Part shown: one piece after another, positions 12,251 to 24,310 of the stretch
Position numbering within the stretch: position 1 is the stretch's first letter
How the letters are laid out: each line of letters begins with the position of its first letter
Origin: Chara braunii
Lineage: Eukaryota > Plantae > Charophyceae
Length of the DNA: 64,000 nucleotides
Reading direction: 5' to 3'
Assembly: GCA_003427395.1 (NCBI GenBank)
Contig: BFEA01000008.1
Coordinates: forward strand, 5,201,209-5,265,208
Notes under the pieces: generated by a model
Told to the model about the DNA's origin: nothing
The model's input: the letters and a program-made list of their open reading frames with translations, nothing else
Databases searched by the model: none
Position numbers and translations under genes: made by a program

Positions 12251-12360
12251 CCTTCTTCCCCTGAATACAACGTACGGTCATTACATAGCTGCTGTATTTG
12301 GGGCATCTTTTAGTCTACATACAGCTATTATGACCGTCCGTTGTATTCGGCGAAAGAAGG
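12251..12360. mobile_element. Tc1/mariner-type MITE of about 110 bp with TA TSD
   Basis: Imperfect TIRs flanked by TA. Same family as 46348-46521 and 48104-48208. Confidence 0.75.
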
Positions 12361-12746
12361 TAGCACACACAGCCTACGGGCACAACACACAACCTACGGG
12401 CACAATACACAGCCTACGCATATGCATATACAGCCTATGGCCACTTGAACGGGGGGAGTGAGGTACTGCCCGCTGCAAAGGCAGTCCCGTAAAGCAGTGT
12501 GAATGGCGAAGCCCTGCCTCACTGTCGAATGAGTCCCGAGTGGGCAACTCTAGTTTGGAGGGAAGCCATCACTTCATTGATTCTTGTAAGGTGCGCTAAG
12601 GAGTGGGGTGGACGACATGAGAGAGAAGGAAGAGTGATGGGGATGTGGCTGTGGGAAAGAGGTTGTGCGGGGGCGATGATGCATACGTAGTTGTGACGGG
12701 GACAAATTGTTGTGAGGGGAAACTACGTGGAAGTCATAAAAAATGA

Positions 12747-12880
12747 GTTATAATTGCAGTATGGGCCAAGATACAGTTTGCAATTGCAGTTTGGGCAATG
12801 TATACAACCCATCTTTGTGGCCAGGGAGGGTGCCCGAAGTGCAATTGCAAACTGTACCTTGGCCCATAGTGCAATTATAA
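12747..12880. repeat. Inverted repeat with arms of about 50 bp, likely part of a MITE
   Basis: ttataattgcagtatgggccaagatacagtttgcaattgc pairs with gcaattgcaaactgtaccttggcccatagtgcaattataa. Confidence 0.7.
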
Positions 12881-13315
12881 TTCGTTTTTGTGACTCTACT
12901 CAAGTAACCCCTTGTAATTATCGATCTTGAACGGGCAAGCTTGCACTTTGTCAACACGCGCTCACTACTTCTCTTTTTACTACGTTATTTTATTTCTCTT
13001 TTTTCTTTATCTTTGTCAGTTTGTATTTGGGACGAAAATGTGCCTAGGTGCATTTTATTCCTCCACGTGACTACAACCAGATACATTCGGGCCGATAAAG
13101 GGTAGAAGGAGAGAAGAAGGTGCAGTCGGGTTGAAGAGAGAGAGAGAGGTGTGCAGTTGGAAGAGACGAGCAGAGCAGCGGAGAGACGGAAAAAGGGTGA
13201 GAGGATGAAAGGAGAGGAGGAGCGGTACCGGTTGATGACGGGTCGGGAATGCGATGTGGGATGATGAGCCGAAAGTCGAGCTATGGCGTGGGCCAACAGC
13301 TCGAATGAGCGCGTT

Positions 13316-13400
13316 GTGGTGAGACAGTGAAACCCCGACGAAACAGTCTGTCACAGTCTCTCACTTACCATTCCCCACTCCCTCTCTGCCCATGGTTCAT
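13316..13400 (+). mobile_element. Degenerate copy of the short hammerhead-core element
   Basis: gtgaaaccccgacgaaacagtctgtcacag plus ctctctgcc matches the family at 229-952. The CUGAUGA core is lost. Confidence 0.55.
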
Positions 13401-13950
13401 TGTGCCCTCTTCCCTTTCCTTTTTCTTGCCGTCCTATTTTGTTTTTTTATTTATTATCGTTCATTTGTATTTAGGATGCAATCATGGCCAGATGCATTTT
13501 GTTGCCTGGTCGTTATCATAGTCTCGTTCATTCGGGGGTTCGACAACAGGGATGATGTTGGCAGACATGACCATAGTGGGAACGAAGATGCCTAAGTGAG
13601 CGGGCACGCACAAGGAGTGGAAAAGAGGAACAAAAAAGAAGAAAACGACGAAGAGGAACTCCAAGAGGAAGAAGGAGAGAGGATGACCGTGGTCATCTTT
13701 CTCACCATGTGCATCGTCTTCATCTCCCACAAGTCGTGGTCTTCTTCTTGGGGTCGTAATCGATATCTCCAACGCATCATGGTCATCTTCTTCATTTGAA
13801 AGTCGTCATTCATTCTCTCTCGCTCGATTTCATGGAGAAACGAGCGAGATAGTGCTTTCACCCCAACCATATTCACCATCCTCCTTCGCCGTCGTCCTCG
13901 TCTTCTTCGCCTTCGATCTGACAGCTTTCACGCAGCCTGGTCTTCTAGAC

Positions 13951-14184
13951 AACTCCAGTTATCCTAAGAAAAACTTCGGAGGGAACCAGCTACTAACGGT
14001 TTGACTAGTCTTTCACCCCTATATCCAGGTCCGGCGAATCGACCTGCATGTCGGTACTGCCACAAGCCTCCACCTGAGTTCCTCTAGCCTCGCCCTATTC
14101 AGGCATAGTTCATCATCTTATGGGTCCCCGCGGAGATGCTCACACTCAAACCTCTCACAGCAGATTGTGGTTGGCAGACAGTGC
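13951..14184 (-). pseudogene. Degenerate fragment of nuclear LSU (25S/28S) rRNA
   Basis: aaacttcggagggaaccagctacta, tagtctttcacccctata and tcaggcatagttcatcatctt are the reverse complement of a conserved LSU segment, with many substitutions. Confidence 0.88.
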
Positions 14185-14944
14185 TCTCACAACTGTGCAA
14201 CTTGGATCAAAGGCAGGGGCAAAACCCGACTCCACCTCAAAAAATAAAATAAAAATAATAATAAAATGAAAAAGGTAGTAGTGTTTCACTTGTGTCGTAA
14301 AACTCCCACCAGTGCAGCTCAAACTCAAGCCTAGGTTCCTACACCTGATAGGTCTACCAAATGAGCTAGGGCCATCGATTCCGAGGTCGGTCTCGGTACC
14401 GACACCAAGACCGAAATTGCTAGTGTGTCGCAGAGAACCGACCGAGGAAAAATAAAAATAAATCAATATTGTGGATACTGGGGGAACGGAGAGGGGGAGG
14501 GACCGCCTCGCACCTTGGTCCTGCCAATCGGGCCCATTATCGGGGCTGGTAGCAACATTAATGGGGATAGCTCCGTCGACCCTCAACCCCTCTATACTTT
14601 CATGTCGCTCCATCGCTCTTTGACATCGGTTACCAGTCTTGATCCCTGAACCTCCCAGTTGAAAATCCGACACTGTAACCCATAGTGCTAGGCCCAAAGT
14701 TGGCATTAGCACTAGCCATCATCCATATGAACAAGTATTACATCGCACGTAGGCCGTCCCAAGCTCCCCAAGGCCAGATCTTGGCTTACCGATTAGATCC
14801 GCGGGCGTTGAACGCCGACACACGTCGCACGAAAGAGCCAGGTGCCTCTCATAACCGCAGCACGCCTTATTCGTCACGCCAAACCGCTCCCATATCGTTT
14901 TAATGTCGAAAACTTAACTCTGATTAAACTGAACTTTGTTTGCC

Positions 14945-15200
14945 CACCCCCTCATTGAGACGGTGAAAAAACTCTCACTGGCTGGCGAACGCAACGAAAT
15001 ACCCTGTTACCCCGTGCTATGCAGGCCCCAAATTCATTTTAGTTAAAAAGAAAACAAAGATACATTTCCGTAAGAACTTGCAGCCCCTTATTGAGACAGC
15101 GAAAAGACTCTCACTGACCAGCGAACGCAACCAAATACCATATTACCGCGTGTTATGTAGGCCCCAAATTCGTTTCAGTTAAAAAGAAAACAAAGACGAA
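14945..15200. repeat. Tandem duplication, two units of about 135 bp
   Basis: The segment ttgagac...gcgaacgcaac...aggccccaaattc...agttaaaaagaaaacaaaga occurs twice. Confidence 0.8.
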
Positions 15201-15590
15201 TTTTTGTAATAACTTGTATCACCGGCGGTCAAACCTAATGTCGGCCATAGCAATGTGGCCTTTGTGCACGCCACTCACGCACGTACTATGGTCAACTATA
15301 CCGATCACATGAAAATTACTTAGTCCTAATTTAAATAAAAACAGAACGTTCGACCGACAAAGTGTCGGCTCTGTAATGTCAAGAAGAAAAATCATGCGCG
15401 CCTCAAAACTGCGTTACAAAAGAAAACAAGTTGCGGCTCGCACGACACACCCAACTTTCACTCCCAATTTTTGAATCAAAGTTTGTTTTGTATCTTGCAA
15501 AAACCAGAGTGGCTACCCTTATAAGCGTATTCGCACCGACATCGGGGTTAGCAGATGTAGGATCCCTCGCTTGGGTTTGAGCCCCAACCA

Positions 15591-17880
15591 AATCTTGTGC
15601 TGGCAGTCAAGGTGGTAGAAAACTTATGGGGAGAAAAAAATATTGGATGGATGATAGAGTTAGCTCTTGCAAAGCCGATGAACTTGATTATTGAACCCGC
15701 CACCATTGAAACAGTAGTGCAATTCGTGGGCGGTCACCTGTGAATGTACTACCTCTTGAATCCAGGAGACCGAAGAGAGCGGGAAGTTCGTTAAATGGTG
15801 CTTCAGATGAGACCTCAATTTGTTGTACGAGATGGTAATTTGTTTGTTCGTGACAATAGGGGACTGCCCAAATAAGTAGTCTTTGGCAATAATTGACAAG
15901 TGGGCGCGGTGACAGCTTTGCATGATGGACCGACTGGGGGTCACAGAGCATGGCAATCCACTTATTATACGACGATGGAGCTGTACTATTGGGAGAGTGT
16001 ATGAGATGGTGCGGCAGTATTGCAAATCCTGTGTACCTTGCTAAAAGGGATCAACCCTTAAGTGTAAGAAGTCGTTATATCCTCGGCATATAACAAAAGT
16101 AGGAGTCGTCGTACACCGGGATCTGCTAATGATGCCTGCAGAGATCGATAGGTTTAATTAGATCCTCGATGCAAGGGATAAACTTACCAGATTTGTTAAT
16201 GGCAAGGTCATTCACACTAACATAACTAGTCTTAGCGAAATGTATCGGAAAGTATTACCTTAGATACCCTTTGGTCGTCAAGTTCGCTATGGATTGCAGC
16301 TCAGAGTTTACGTGGGTAGAAGTAAAGTAGATGTTGACAAAGTTTGAACTAATGGGAAACTACACCACGAAGGTTCATCCAAAGGGAAACGGCCCCATGG
16401 AACGAGGGTACAATACCATCACCAACCTTCTTGCTAAGTGGACTACTAGAAAACCCAATCAATGGTCGAAGTTTTTACGGACTGTATTCTTTGTGAAGAA
16501 CGTGACAATCAAAAGAACGAATGGTTATACTTCAACCACATTGTGGTATGGTTGTCATGCTACGTTCCCAACAACATAAAAAATTCCCACAATTCAATAA
16601 TCATTCTATAGTAAAATTACACTGGCATTCTAACATTTTAATTTCCATTCCATCTTAAAAAATATCATTTCATTTTTGAAAATTTTCGTCTTACTTGAAA
16701 ACTTTCCTTCAAAAGATTTGGGTATGCCTTCTTATTTGAATTGCATGCTAGAGATAGAATGCAAGTCTGAGTGAGTTCATAAAATATTTTAATTGGACTG
16801 TCATTCATCTAAGGACTTTCAGTCATAAATAGGTTAAACCACTAGTACTTTCACCAGTGTTGGGAAATTACGAGGTTTTGCTAGTTCCCGAAAAAATCCG
16901 GGGTGGGACACAAGGTCGACAATGTCCCACAAATCTGAGTTTTATAGTGCCGCGAGTGAAAGAAAAATGAAAAAAAAAAATGTTTTAAAAGGATTTTTTT
17001 TTTTTTTCTCTACTGCAATCCTCCACAGAATGCACCTTACAGGTAAGGCACATTCTGAGTGTTACTGTTTTCTTTTTTTTCTTTGTCGTGTGTTTCTTAC
17101 GAGTCCCCTGCCAATGAGGCAGGAAAAAATCCGTGATCTGCTGAAGTTCTCCGTGATCTGCTCAAGTTCTCCATGAAGTTATGTTTTGTCAAAGGATTGC
17201 AAAGCTCATCACACTCATACTTCCAGTCATTTTCACGACCGGATTTGTGTGTCCATTTTTTTTCCCCTTCTAATCTTTTTTTTGAATCTGACAACTTGGT
17301 CACGGGGCTTAGATGCCCTCACTGAAGGCACACTCATACTGCCACTTCCAATAATGTATACAACTACAATCACAACCGAACTTTTATTTATTTATTTATT
17401 TATTTATTTTTCTCAGGTTCACGGTCGCAACTTTGGTTTTTTTTTCGTGAGAGTACTATAAGGAAAACGGAGTGGTACCCAAGCTCGGCAAACTCGGAGC
17501 GAAGTGAAATTCAGGGTCGACAAAAACAGGCTTGGAGCTACTAGCAGTTTAAACCAATCTAAATTAAAAGATATTTGTTGTAGTAGAATGAAAGTTTAAT
17601 TAAATAATTTAATGAACTCATTCAGACTTTCATTCTATCTTCGACATATAGATGTAGTTGGAAGGGAAAACTCATTTTTAGACAGAAACTTATCAAATAA
17701 AACCAGAAATCTTAGAATTTGATGACATTGGAATGATAATTTTTAAATGTGAAAGGTTTTTTTTTTTAATGGAATGTTTTTTCAACTTTCATTTCTTGTA
17801 GGAATTTTTCTGTTCATTGAGAGTTTCCTAAAAACTAAGAGGCGCAAGGATCTTAAGACCAATATGTCATTTGAAAATTT
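15591..17880 (+). pseudogene. Gypsy integrase remnant interrupted by a TIR element
   Basis: HHCC motif HDGPTGGH...YYW...CKSCVPC at about 15921-16041 and core HPKGNGPMERG. The reading ATFP continues as IESFLKT after 17815. Confidence 0.8.
16573..17814. mobile_element. Non-autonomous DNA element with long imperfect TIRs
   Basis: Ends aacataaaaaattcccacaa and ttgtaggaatttttctgtt. Inner inverted match between 16751-16794 and 17598-17640. It splits the integrase reading. Confidence 0.75.
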
Positions 17881-19984
17881 GTACTGGGCTCAACCCATGT
17901 AGTGGTATTAGCCCACCCCCGTATTATATTTAAAATAACATCGAGTTGTCTGTTGTAGTTCTGTTGTGGTAGACTCTCAAGCCTACATGGTTGCCCTGGC
18001 CCCATGGCTGAAGCTTATATTAATTCTTAACCCATACTCGAGTTGGCGATGGATACATCGCCTATGCTACATACTAACGTTGTCGAGCGCATCGGGAGGG
18101 TCCCACCCCGTTTTGTGCGGTGCCGGACCCTCCCGGCCGCGTCTTGTGCGGTGTCAGACCGATGCGCTCGACAACGCACTCGTCGTTCGTTTGCCTGATA
18201 AAATATTAACCTTATAAACCGCTCGGCCTCCACGACCGATGGGGTTTTAATAGGATAATACTCCTTAATTTTATCGAGTGTCGTAACAAGGCACGCGCCT
18301 AATACTACGTTTAAAACTTCATCGTCTTCCACCACTGAAGTCGGGGTACAGGTTAGGTTATACTAAACTTCCACCTTTGACTTTTGCGATCGAAGGGTAT
18401 TATTACTGATTCTAACAATCTTAGCACGCATCACGAGCGTGCGCATGCACACTAACCCAATTTATTTCTAGATGCACCTCGATCTCAATGGTCGAGGAAA
18501 CCATCTCAAAGAAACGTCCGAAGAGGCACAAAACTCCTTACTTCAGATCGGGTCCATCATGGTCACCGATGTTGTTTCTGTGTTGACAGCAAAAACATAG
18601 GCAAATACCCTTGTAAAGGTATTTGCTATGACGATGCGACTACCCTGAAATCTACAATATACGCCAATTACGAAGGGAGGAATGATGAGAGACAACGTAC
18701 ATAGTGCACAAAATTTTAAGTTTCCTCGCTCAAATAATGTCTGGTTCTACGCTGCGACTTGTACTCACCCCCGTACGAGTACGAGTTGTACTCATTTCTT
18801 TTATGCTACTCGTACTTAAGGCCCCGTACGACTTTTTTTAATTTTTTTTACTGTTTTTTTTTTCTCTCCAATTCTAGTAAAAATCTGCAGATAGTTCTCA
18901 GGCAAATGTTGTTTGTTTTGAGATGTTACAACACATATATTTTTTTTGGAGTTTTTGGATAAGTTTTTTTTTGTTTTTCCCCATACCATACGGGTCGTAT
19001 GGGGGCGTTGTCGGCGCGAATACCCTTACGAGGGTATCCGCCCTGGGTTTTTGCAAGTAACAGAAAATTGTTTGGTTTAAAGTTTAAGTATACTGCGCTA
19101 AGCGCGGCTGCGTCTGTAATTGCGTTGACTAGGTGGTTGACCACAATAGCGAGTGTGTAGGCGCTCAGGTTTAAGGCGCGCGTGATTCTTTTCTGTTGTT
19201 GATCGTAAAGCCGGCCCGGACCTCGGTCGTTTTGCTTGTGATATGATTATTATTTATTTATTTTTTATTAAGCAGGAATTAAGGATATTTTCGATTGATT
19301 GGTACATATTGACCGAGTCGAGCGCGCGTGCGGAAAAACGGCCCGACGACGGCATCAGCAATAACGGTGCGATTTCGTGCGGTGAGAAGGATGTAGTAGG
19401 ATGGCATGCGGGGCCATTATGACATGGTATAAGCAAGTCGGCGTGGGCACTGGGAGCCACGCAACCGGTTTTGTTGGCCCAAAGTGCCGCGCCGCACCGT
19501 CTTGTATGGTACTCTGCGGGCGCTGGTCTCAGGCTTGGGCTTAGCCCTATAGGTTACGACATTGGACTGACACTACGAAGGTTCGGGGATCGAGGCCGAC
19601 AAGCGTCGACGCAGCGGCAACGGAGCATCGAGGAGGGAGCCGATGGGGTTGAGGGCCCGACAGGGCTATCCCCCTCGGATTTTGCTGGCGAGCGTGGCGG
19701 CGGGCCTGCCCCGCGGGACTGGTGAGGTATACGCAGCCCCGCTGATCCNCGACACTATTATGTTTANTTATGTATTGCCTTTCTTTTTNGTTTTATTATT
19801 TTCGGATCCTCGTCGTATCGCGTCCCATTCAGGGACGCGAGGCTGCGATAAAGTCACATGGGGTGTGTTGCATTCGCGGGGGTTGCCTGAAGTGCAATTA
19901 CAAGCTGTTTTCGTGGCTGCGTCGGAGTTGCGCCTCGTCTTGTCTTGGGACGCGGCGAAGTGGGGTGCAGCAGGCCCTAAGGGC

Positions 19985-20045
19985 CTAACTCAGTGGGTAC
20001 ACCCGCGAACTGTTGAAATACAGGTCCGTGTTCGAACCCAGATGA
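19985..20045 (+). other. tRNA-like (SINE-head-like) sequence with A and B boxes
   Basis: taactcagtgggta...gaactgttgaaatacag...gtgttcgaaccc, homologous to 47345-47420. Confidence 0.6.
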
Positions 20046-20163
20046 TGGAACTTGATCTGTAAACTTTATCTGTAAAAACAGGCATTCTAAATTGTCTGGG
20101 ACCGGGGCAGGCTGACCCCGTGACCCCTGTGCTGGGAAAGCCACAGGGCATCGCCCCGGCCAC

Positions 20164-20256
20164 GTCCTTCGGGACATCCGTTAAAATTGGAACAATATAG
20201 AGAAGATTAGCACGGCCCCTGCGCGAGGACGGCCCGTATAAGTGGAAGCAGGCCCG
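20164..20256 (+). pseudogene. U6: U6 snRNA-derived sequence, near full length, diverged
   Basis: gtccttcgggacatccgttaaaattggaacaatatagagaagattagcacggcccctgcgcgagga matches plant U6. ACAGAGA is changed to ATAGAGA and there is no oligo-T terminator. Confidence 0.88.
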
Positions 20257-23200
20257 ACGACCGAATGCTATTGCCCAGCATTCAGTAGCGGTCGGGCTGC
20301 GCAGTTCAGGACGCCAACCTCTGTCGAGAAAGCAGGGAAGCGGGGCAGCAGAGAAACGGGCGCTAACGTTGTGAAGTAGGCAGGGCGAACCTGGTCGTAC
20401 GGGGGTGCCGGGTGCCTGCGCGCTGGCAGAGGGAGCGAGGGAGCGTAGGGCCGGCGGTGAGGTAGCGGGTGACTGGAGTTAGAGCCGCCAACAGTCAAGG
20501 AGGAGACTAGCAGCGGGCGAGGTAGGGGGCAAACGAATCGGGACCGGAACAGCGTCCAGGTACATGCGAGGAAGGAAGGGAGTGAGAGGAGGCGGGTGCA
20601 AAGGCTTTAGAGCTAAGCAGCGCAACAATGAAAGATGGGACGGCAGACGCTTAAAAGGACGGACGGAGAACCGGGGTAGCAAGACACAGGAAGGGAGTCG
20701 GGAGTGAACCCGGATGGGGTTTGAGCCAGGTGCATTCAAACGAAGGGGACAGTGAAGTAGACATGGCGAGGAAAGAGAGTTAGGCGCAGCGAAGGATGTC
20801 GAGTTCGCACGGCCCTTAGCGAGATCGAGTGAAGAAGGAGCCGGACTTGGGGTTTTGGCCCCGGGCGGATTCAATGGCGAAGTGGAAACGGTGGAAGGCG
20901 GAGTGTAGTCGGAGGTAAGAAGGAAACGACGTGCGCGACGCTATGGCGGAGGGAGAAAACGATGGGAGTGAAGAATCGAGATTACACTCGATTCTCGATG
21001 GAATCGAGTGAGAAAAGATGATAGACTAGCGTTTTGGGAGTAGGCGAAATCATTGACAAGGTCAGTTTGGAAAGAAAGTTAGTGAGTAGTGAGTGATTAG
21101 AAGAAAAGTGTGCGCTGGGCGTAGTGGGGAAAGACTACGAAGAGGAGACTGAGAAAAGTGGATGAACCCAGACTAGTTTCAGCGTCAGATCCATTCGCAG
21201 ACTTTGATGGCGGAACAGTGAATATGGCGGGCTATAAAATCCCGTAGTTCGCTCGATCCTTGCCGCAATCGGGCGAACCAGGAGTCGCTCCGGGGGTATT
21301 AGGCCGGGGCGAACGTGATTCTGAAGTTAGATTAGTAAGAAAGTTAGTAGGAGTGGAAGTAAGTAGAGAAAGTTGTGCGCGGGAGGAATCGGGAGCTATG
21401 GGAAAGGAAAGAAGAAGCTAACGAAATGCTCGTTTCGGATCAATCTCGACGAGCAAAGGCTCTATACTAAGGTTTCGGGGGACCGCGAGTCTAATAGTGT
21501 GGTCAGATCTAGTCCTAAGTTGGTAGAATAGAAGATAAGGAAGTATGGAGGTGCGCGGAGATGGTGGGAGGTGAGAGAGGAGAAGAGAGGAAAAGCGATA
21601 TCCCGCCCGTCTGTTGGCGGAACGGGCGTGGGAGAGTGCATGTTAGAGGTTCTCCGGTGCTGTGCTCGTGATGGCGGAAGCGGGTTTGGAAGTTAGTGGT
21701 TAGTGTTTGGGCTGTGAGGGAACGCGCCGGAAGGGGGAGACGTTAGTGTGGTGGTATATCTTTCCCCGTTTCGGACCCCGTTTCGGGGGAAGATTCGTTT
21801 CGCTTTTCCTTTCTTTTTGTTTCAGTATGTCGTTCACTTTTGTGTTCTCGTATGTTCTTGGTATCTACCTTGGAGCCGGTACAATGTTCATTTTGTCAGT
21901 CGGAGTAGCCCCCCCACTGGTGCGCAAGGAAGGAGGAGTAAGGTATAACTCCGGGCTCCAGTAGTAGACACTCGATTTTGCCCATCCCCCGGGGCGAAGT
22001 AGTGGGCGGACGGATGACGACGGCAGTCGGAGTTTTGAAAACTGCACGAATCGTCGCCGGTCGGGATTCTGGTTGGCCAGTGTGATTCCGGCCGCGCTAG
22101 TTTCCCCTCCTTTGGATTGGTGGGATCTCTGCCCCCAGTGCCGCAAAACTGGCCAGGTGCATTGGGGTGGTGAGTGATGGGGAGAGCGAGCGAGAGTACA
22201 TACTTACCTGTTTGACGACGCGTCGGTCACCCCTTCGTCGGGGGCAGCATGTTTATGGTGGTGTGGAGGTCTTCGGAAGCTACAGGAAGGGGAACGTGCA
22301 AGGGAGGCTTGGCAATGTATTTGGTCTGGTGCTACAGCAGGCTTATCCGGCCTTCCTCACCCTTTCTATGGGAGTAGCGGGAAGCAGGTCGCGCCGTTAG
22401 AAACTTATCTGCTGTTTGACTAATGTTCACCTCACGATTGGGGTAGACGACTTGAGAGCGCTGCCCGCTGTATTGACTAGAGTAGCCGAGAGTTAACTGC
22501 GGGCTTACCTATTGACAAGGGCCGGTATATTCTGCAGAATAGGCTGGCTGCGGGCAGGACAAGGAAGAGGGGACTGTTGTTGTGTGTTGGTATTGCGGAC
22601 CGGGCACGTGCTGCGGCTGGTTCTATTGGACCATCGTGGAGTACTTCTGCTGCGTTTGAAGGCAAAAATGGGCTGCAGTGCGGTACTGATCGCACTAAGG
22701 AGAGGTGTGAAGCTAAGGGGAGGTGACAAGGCTGGGCAACTAGAGGGTTAGTGCTGCAAATTAGGATGTTGCCAGGAGGTTGACTGCGGCAAGCTGACTC
22801 CAGAAGGTTGACCAAGCTGTCGGTTGGTCGTCATTGCGGGGGCCTCAGGCGTTGGAAGATAACAAGGCCCTCTCCCGCGAGTCAAAGTGCAACTCTCTTG
22901 TATCTGAGAGTCTCTACCTTCTACTTCTATCCCTTTCTTAATCTAAGTCTAGTCTACTGGTTACGAGAGGAAGGCGGCAAGCAGGATTGCAACCTGTAGG
23001 TCCGCGTCAAGACTCTGTGGGGAGTCCACCCACCGATTGCGGGAGCTTTGCCGGAACCTAGACGAGGTTCTGGAGGCAGGGAATCATCAGGTATACCATC
23101 TCCATCTGTACAACCTACTACTACCCATGTTTGCCTATCTCCCTGTAGTATGATTGCAGTATGCATGTGTTGTCCCTATGGTTTTTGCTTTCTCTTCAAG

Positions 23201-23340
23201 ACATAATCAGACTAAAAGGAAAGAATGTGTGAGAGTGAAGTTCAAGTTCCTTCTTTATTCTGACTGAAAGCAGACAAAGGGATAAACAGGGGGAAGGTGG
23301 GAGGAAGGCAGCTTTGCATGCGTTTGGAAGGGTCAACCAA

Positions 23341-24030
23341 AGCCTGAGCATTGTTTCTACTGTGAATGGCTCAGGGCTATGTTTATTTGGCTGTTTTCTG
23401 AAGGACCAGACATTGTTTCTACTGTGAATGACCTGGTTGCTAAGTTTATTTAGTTCTTTTCTGGAGGACCAGGCATTGTTTCTACTGTGAATGGCCTGTT
23501 TTTTCTTTAATTAACTGTGAGGGTTTGCCTGATTGAAGGGGTTTAAATTTTTGTTTATTCTGAGGGAGGATTTTTTGTCTAAGGCCAAGCATTGTTTCCA
23601 TGGTGAATGGTTTAGCCTGAAAACCACGCACATAAATTAAACTAAGTATACAGGAAAGTACCTTATGTATATTTGCATATGAACTGGCAGTTGGGCATTG
23701 TTTCTACTGTGAATGGTCCAGCGTTAAGTCATACCATTAAGAAAAGAAAAGGAAAAATACAATATATAAATGAAAATAGTCTGGCAAGCTGAACATTGTT
23801 TCTACTGTGAATGGTTCAGTCCCCTGCCCATATTTGCCTTTTCTTTTTGAAAACAAAGTCAGAGAAATACTAAATCTTTAGATATTAAACAGCACAGGGC
23901 GACTAGGCATTGTTTCCATGGCAAATGGCCTAGTTATCTGCCCAAAAGAAGAGAAAAGTAGTTGTGCAACCTGTTCGTGTATATTATAAAGACAAGCTGG
24001 GCATTGTTTCCATGACGAATAGTCCAACTC
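23341..24030 (+). repeat. Array of 8 hairpins with conserved loop CATTGTTTCYAYKGYRAATG and variable, co-varying stems
   Basis: Units begin at about 23341, 23404, 23467, 23582, 23690, 23788, 23901 and 23995. Confidence 0.9.
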
Positions 24031-24310
24031 TATGTCTTATGTAAGATGGGTATAAGGATTCAAGAACTTGAAGATTCACGAACTATTCGTATGGAATGAA
24101 CTTGGGATGGTGAGAGTACTTACATTCGTGGTTTGGTTTGCATGTGACTGAATGATATCGTTAGTTTGTTTGGGTTTATACTATAGGTAGTTGCTTTAGT
24201 TGCTCGCCACGTGCTAGAGTCATAGGAGTTAGTGTCAATTCCTGCATTTTCTGTAATAACTTTTTTTTACTTAGGTCAATTCCTGCATTTTCTGAGATCT
24301 TTTTCTTAGA

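Noticed and set aside
19851-19900. Minus-strand ATTGCACT...CCCCGCGA resembling U1 stem-loop II
   Set aside because: The match is too short, and no U1 5' end or Sm site is adjacent.
22200-22210. ATACTTACCTG, identical to the U1 snRNA 5' end
   Set aside because: The downstream sequence does not follow U1. It is equally a consensus 5' splice site on the minus strand, or chance.
23341-24030. Hairpin array as a true CRISPR array or as iron-responsive elements
   Set aside because: The context is eukaryotic TE DNA with no cas genes, irregular spacers and variable repeat flanks. There is no CAGUGH loop, and G-U pairs favour the strand without a bulged C.
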